Positions 41,432-45,081 of a stretch of DNA of 45,081 nt are shown here, in pieces. Both the position numbers and the translations under genes were made by a program. How positions within the stretch are numbered: position 1 is the first letter of the stretch; every line of letters starts with the position of its first letter. Below the pieces are notes generated by a model. It had not been told where the DNA came from, did not search any database, and saw only the letters and a list, made by a program, of their open reading frames with translations. The DNA lies in contig CBDUNF010000002.1 of the NCBI GenBank assembly GCA_965368515.1, positions 1 through 45,081 on the forward strand. The letters are read 5' to 3'. Source of the stretch: an uncultured bacterium (GTDB taxonomy: Bacteria > Actinomycetota > Acidimicrobiia > Spongiisociales > UBA5794).

Positions 41432-42757
41432 CTATCCCCCGCTGCCGCTTCCAAACTGCACTTCTACTCGCGCCCCGCCGAGTGCGGATTCCCCGATCTT
41501 CAGACCACCGCCCGTACGTTGCGCCGCTCGCAGCACGATATCCAAACCCAGCCCAGTGGAGCCCCCTCCGCTCTCCCCCCGTTCCAGGGCACCGTCATGC
41601 TCGAAACCCGCCCCGCTGTCTTCGACCACGAGGACAACCTGGCCCTCGGTGTACCCGGGGCGTGCCTCGATCCGATAGCCCACACCCGGGCTTGTGTGAG
41701 AGAACACGTTCTCTAGCAACGTGTCGATGAGCGCACCGAGATCCTGACCGCTCATCGCCACCGGGAGACGTCCTCCGGATGTATGCACGTCGACTGCTCG
41801 TTCCTGTTCATCGGCAAGAACCTTCCAGAACGTAGCTCGGTGTCGAACAACGGCGCCAAGATCGGCCTGTTCTGGGCCCTTCTCCTCAGAGGGACGTCTC
41901 GCTTCTTCGATCATTCGGTCAACGGCGCTCTCCATCCGATCGATGTCCTGGAGGAGGATTGCAGCAGACTCCTTGTCGGTGAGAGTCTCGGTCTGAAGAC
42001 GCAGCGCGGTGAGCGGCGTGCGAAGCCGATGCGAGAGATCGGCCACCGATTCCCGCTCTTCGGCCAACAACAGTCGCAGCCGCTCTGCGAGGAAGTTGAA
42101 GGCGACGCCGACGTCGGCGATCTCGTCAGGACCCGCCGGGATGACCCTTCTGTCGAGGTCGCCGCCGCCCAAGGCCAGAGCCGCCTCGGAAAGCTCAGCC
42201 ACAGGGCGCACTATCGATCGACCCAGCCGGTCGGCAGCCACTACGGCGACGATCACCAGGAAGACGCCCAGGCCGGCCAGCATCCCCCACGCCACCCAGA
42301 CCCCCTCCGTCAAGTCATCTTCCGGGACGAAGGATCGCACAACAACATCAACCGCAGAGTCGGGCACATCGGCCGACAGCAGCGGCACGAGCACCTCCGC
42401 CCCGCCCGGGGTGAAGGCGGTGAAGGCTCTCGCCTCCGAGAACGCCACGTCGATGTTGTCCTTGCTGAACACCGGCGCTCCGACCTCAGGACCGGTGGCG
42501 AAGAGGATGCTCACAGAATCGGCACCTGAGCCAAAGACCTCCAGCACAGTCTGTGCGGCCACCACAGAGACTTCACCGTCTTCGGAACGGGCGGTATCGA
42601 CAATCAGCGCAGTCGCGATCGCCTGCGCCAGGGTCTCCGACCGAGAGAGCGCCCTGTTCTGCGCCTGGTTACGCAGCAGGAGGGCCAACGGAATCATGAA
42701 GGCGATGACCACCAGGGTGCTGATGGCGAGGGAAAGAACCGCGACTCGTTGCCTCAT
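41432..42757 (-). CDS. Sensor histidine kinase (two TM helices, HAMP, HisKA, HATPase_c) (copy 2)
   Basis: Track ORF trimmed to MRQRVAVLSL, whose ATG overlaps the regulator stop (ATGA). H-box DLSHRLRTPLTAL and G-box GGSTGLGLDIV. The N-terminus aligns with kinase copy 1. Confidence 0.9.
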   Translation of the reverse strand: MRQRVAVLSLAISTLVVIAFMIPLALLLRNQAQNRALSRSETLAQAIATALIVDTARSEDGEVSVVAAQTVLEVFGSGADSVSILFATGPEVGAPVFSKDNIDVAFSEARAFTAFTPGGAEVLVPLLSADVPDSAVDVVVRSFVPEDDLTEGVWVAWGMLAGLGVFLVIVAVVAADRLGRSIVRPVAELSEAALALGGGDLDRRVIPAGPDEIADVGVAFNFLAERLRLLLAEERESVADLSHRLRTPLTALRLQTETLTDKESAAILLQDIDRMESAVDRMIEEARRPSEEKGPEQADLGAVVRHRATFWKVLADEQERAVDVHTSGGRLPVAMSGQDLGALIDTLLENVFSHTSPGVGYRIEARPGYTEGQVVLVVEDSGAGFEHDGALERGESGGGSTGLGLDIVLRAAQRTGGGLKIGESALGGARVEVQFGSGSGG

Positions 42758-43437
42758 TCTTCTGGATCGACCAGCTTGACCCCGACCCCGAAGACCGTTT
42801 GGAGATACCTGCTCTCCGCGGCGGTTTCGCCCAGCTTCTTGCGCAACCACGAAATGTGCACGTCGACAGTCTTCTCGCTGCCGCCGTAGGGTTGCCGCCA
42901 AACCTCGGCCAGGAGCTCTCGTTTCGAGACAACTTCGCCCGGGCGTTCGGCGAGAAAGCGCAGTACGTCGAACTCCTTGGGGCTCAGGTCGACGGGTTGC
43001 CCATCGAGGCGAGCTTCACGCGCCGCGACATCGATGGCGAGATCGCCGACCATGAGCGGCCCCTGCCGCCCCTCACCCCCGGTGCGGCGCAGGACGGCTC
43101 GCACCCTCGCTTCTAGCTGATCTACAGAGAACGGCTTGGTGAGGTAGTCGTCGGCGCCCGCATCAAGAGTTCGAATCACATCCCGATCTTCGCTGCGAGC
43201 GGTCGCAACGATTATCGGGACATCACTGACAGCTCGGATCATCTTGAGCAGCTCAGCTCCATCCAGGTCGGGAAGGCCCATGTCCAAGATGACAAGTTCG
43301 GGCGAGACCCGAACCACTGCTTGGAGGCCTTCCATAGCAGTCGCCGTCGACTCGACGTCGTGCCCTCGATCAGCCAAGACCCTGGCCACAAGCTCTCGGA
43401 TTCGCTGCTCATCTTCGATGATTACCACTGATGCCAT
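42754..43437 (-). CDS. OmpR/PhoB-family response regulator (copy 2)
   Basis: MASVVIIEDEQRIRELVARVLADRGHDVESTATAMEG... is collinear with copy 1 (MASILLIEDDQRIRQALATRLAERGHDVESTATAMDG...) along its whole length. Confidence 0.9.
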   Translation of the reverse strand: MASVVIIEDEQRIRELVARVLADRGHDVESTATAMEGLQAVVRVSPELVILDMGLPDLDGAELLKMIRAVSDVPIIVATARSEDRDVIRTLDAGADDYLTKPFSVDQLEARVRAVLRRTGGEGRQGPLMVGDLAIDVAAREARLDGQPVDLSPKEFDVLRFLAERPGEVVSKRELLAEVWRQPYGGSEKTVDVHISWLRKKLGETAAESRYLQTVFGVGVKLVDPEE

Positions 43438-43444
43438 AGACCAA

Positions 43445-43450
43445 CTGTAG
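43445..43450 (-). promoter_or_regulatory. Candidate -10 element TACAGT 7 nt before the regulator ATG (leaderless mRNA candidate)
   Basis: The minus strand reads TACAGT-TTGGTCT-ATG(43437). This is the same geometry as regulator copy 1. Confidence 0.3.
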
Positions 43451-43478
43451 ATAACCTGAAAGAAATCTCAAGACCGCC

Positions 43479-43494
43479 TTAGGAACTCCTTAAT
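43479..43494. promoter_or_regulatory. Direct-repeat motif TTAAG-N6-CTAAG (minus-strand reading) in the divergent promoter of triad 2
   Basis: The plus strand reads CTTAGGAACTCCTTAA, whose reverse complement is TTAAGGAGTTCCTAAG. It is the counterpart of 7170..7185. Confidence 0.3.
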
Positions 43495-43531
43495 CTATTC
43501 TTGGCAGGTCGGAAAGGAACAGGAAACAACA

Positions 43532-44194
43532 ATGGGTTCAATGCGGCAGAGACTCCTTCTCGTCGCCGGATGGGCTGCAGCTGCCGTCGTGGCCAGTTTG
43601 GTCTCAACGGGCGCAGTAGCAGTGGCAGGCGGGCAGGTCACAGACCGGCCCCTCCGCCCTCTATCGGCGTCGGAAGTTGCTGCTTTGACTGAAGACTGCG
43701 GGTCGACTGAACGAGCGCCTTGCCTCCGGCAGCTCGATAACTCGGCAGACCCGTCATCGACGGTTTCAGCAGCGCCGGAATTGAACTTGAGCCTGGAAGG
43801 CGGCGAGAACGGAGTCTCCTCTGCAGTTCCCGCCGAGGTGACCGAGCCCCCGTCAGAGGACCCTCTCGATCCTGGTGTTGCGGTCGACGAGAGCCTGCTC
43901 CCTCCCGACGAGACCCTTGAACTCACCGCGCCGGAAGCTCGCGCCGAGGTTGTCGACCTAGTGGGCGGCAGAGTGAGCGTCTCGGGAGCCGACGGCGAGG
44001 TTCGCATCATCTGGCTGATCCCTCGCCACGGTTTTGCCGTTCTTCCCGCAGCCGGCTCGGACAGTCTGCCCGACCATGTGACCGTTCTGCTGTCCAATGG
44101 CTCGCATCAGTCCACGGTCATCGCATCCTGGGATAGCCGTGAGGGCCTCCTCATCGAGACCCGAGAAGGCGGCCTCGACCTGACCGAGGGGTAG
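43532..44194 (+). CDS. Small membrane-anchored protein with acidic linker and about 70-aa C-terminal beta-type domain (copy 2, partner of two-component system 2)
   Basis: 220 aa. TM helix VAGWAAAAVVASLVSTGAVAVAG and C-terminal LVGGRVSVSGADGEVRIIWLIPRHGF... Both align with the 6541..7146 product. Confidence 0.7.
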   Translation: MGSMRQRLLLVAGWAAAAVVASLVSTGAVAVAGGQVTDRPLRPLSASEVAALTEDCGSTERAPCLRQLDNSADPSSTVSAAPELNLSLEGGENGVSSAVPAEVTEPPSEDPLDPGVAVDESLLPPDETLELTAPEARAEVVDLVGGRVSVSGADGEVRIIWLIPRHGFAVLPAAGSDSLPDHVTVLLSNGSHQSTVIASWDSREGLLIETREGGLDLTEG

Positions 44195-44262
44195 CCCAAA
44201 CGTCACCCTCCATGTTCGTGCGCAGATCCGACCGTAGTTCGTACCTTGATGCGCAAGAACGC

Positions 44263-45081
44263 TCAGGCCAGGGCGACCAGGTCCAGCATTGACTCGTCGA
44301 AGAAGCCGGTCTCACCGTCGGGCATCAGGATCATGCGATCGGGTTCGAGAGACTCAACAAACTCCGTGTCGTGGCTAACCAGAAGCAATGTGCCCGAGTA
44401 CTGACGCAAGGCGGCCAGCAACGCTTCCTTCGCCTGCGGATCAAGGTTGTTGGTGGGCTCATCAAGCAATAGGACGTTGTCACGCTGCACAACGATCTGC
44501 GCAAGGGCGAGCTTCGTCTTTTCGCCACCGGACAGAGTCCCCGCATCCTGGTCGATCTTGTCGGCAAGCAGAAAGTGACCCAGGATCGTCCGCAGATCGC
44601 GGTCGGGAATCTCCGAGACCTCGCGCATATGGTCGAGAACAGTTTGCCCGGCCTTGATCTGCTCGTGCTCCTGGGCGTAGTAGCCGAGCGACGCCTTGTG
44701 CCCGATCTCGACTTCGCCCAGATCCGCGGTCTCCACCCCGGCAAGGATGCGTAGCAACGTCGTCTTGCCGGCGCCATTGAGTCCCATGATGATCATGCGC
44801 TCGCCACGGTCGATGTCGACATCAACATCCACGAACACGACGTTGTGATCGAACGCCTTGGCCAGCCCGGAAGCCTTGAGCGGGGTTCGCCCAGATGGTT
44901 CGGGCTGGGGGAACCGCACAGCGATCTTGCGTGCCTTACCACCGACGTCCACCCGCTGCACCTTGAGCTTCTCGACCCTCGTCTCCCACGACCGGGCGCG
45001 CTTCGCCATCTTTTCTGTGGTTCCCTTGAATCGCCGGATACCCTCCTCGAGACGGGCAATCTTCTCGTCCTGGTGCTTGCG
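44263..45081 (-). CDS. ABC-F family ATPase, C-terminal part (gene continues beyond the window end)
   Basis: The reading frame stays open to the window edge (..RKHQDEKIARLEEGIRRFKGTTEKMAKRARSWETRVEKLK.., an ABC-F linker). The second ABC cassette has GLNGAGKTT, LSGGEKTKL and LLLDEPTNNLD. No TM domain. Confidence 0.85.
   Translation of the reverse strand, partial: RKHQDEKIARLEEGIRRFKGTTEKMAKRARSWETRVEKLKVQRVDVGGKARKIAVRFPQPEPSGRTPLKASGLAKAFDHNVVFVDVDVDIDRGERMIIMGLNGAGKTTLLRILAGVETADLGEVEIGHKASLGYYAQEHEQIKAGQTVLDHMREVSEIPDRDLRTILGHFLLADKIDQDAGTLSGGEKTKLALAQIVVQRDNVLLLDEPTNNLDPQAKEALLAALRQYSGTLLLVSHDTEFVESLEPDRMILMPDGETGFFDESMLDLVALA

Noticed and set aside
6541-44194. The mirror-image triads as substrates for a recombinational inversion of the intervening 34 kb
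   Set aside because: At the nucleotide level the copies are diverged, and I found no long identical stretches when comparing the regulator genes. Homologous recombination between them is therefore unlikely, and they look like old paralogs.
1-45081. tRNA, rRNA, transposase, integrase, toxin-antitoxin or known defence-system genes
   Set aside because: I scanned all intergenic regions longer than 60 bp and the ORF track. I saw no T-loop (GGTTCGAATCC)-type or other tRNA-like sequence, no rRNA-like stretches and no ORFs with such signatures.

Overview
This is a visibly GC-rich, densely coding chromosomal segment of about 45 protein genes. Many genes overlap by 1-4 nt, and several convergent genes overlap at their stop codons. 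It has actinobacterial hallmarks: a DUF222-HNH gene, an F420-type LLM oxidoreductase, an Eis-type acetyltransferase, a GNAT-first Pat enzyme, poly-Thr linkers in exported proteins and probable leaderless mRNAs. I saw no rRNA, tRNA, CRISPR array, transposase or integrase. In order, the window holds: the 5' end of sufB; an ECF sigma factor with a translationally coupled membrane protein; and two paralogous, mirror-oriented three-gene modules (small membrane protein divergent from an OmpR-type regulator plus HAMP kinase) at 6.5-9.2 kb and 41.4-44.2 kb. Next come a five-gene ApbE / ferric-reductase-like operon whose other three products are low-complexity exported proteins (one with an Asp/His tail), and a polar amino-acid ABC transporter interrupted by an opposite-strand DUF62 SAM hydrolase gene. 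A PQQ-propeller lipoprotein coupled to a membrane EEP phosphoesterase and an M3 peptidase follow. The menaquinone genes menE, menB, menA, menD and menF lie in three patches. Between them sit an ABC-2 exporter, an orphan znuA behind a Fur/Zur-like box, a GntR/DUF1648 pair with a perfect 11-bp-arm palindrome facing menD, and a Pat-type acetyltransferase / CBS-BON / hydrolase / menF operon. The window ends inside an ABC-F gene. The best candidates for something undescribed are the ApbE operon, which has no recognisable flavinylation acceptor, and the duplicated signalling triads, which share a promoter motif. All functional calls come from my own reading of the translated ORFs and sequence; no database search was run.
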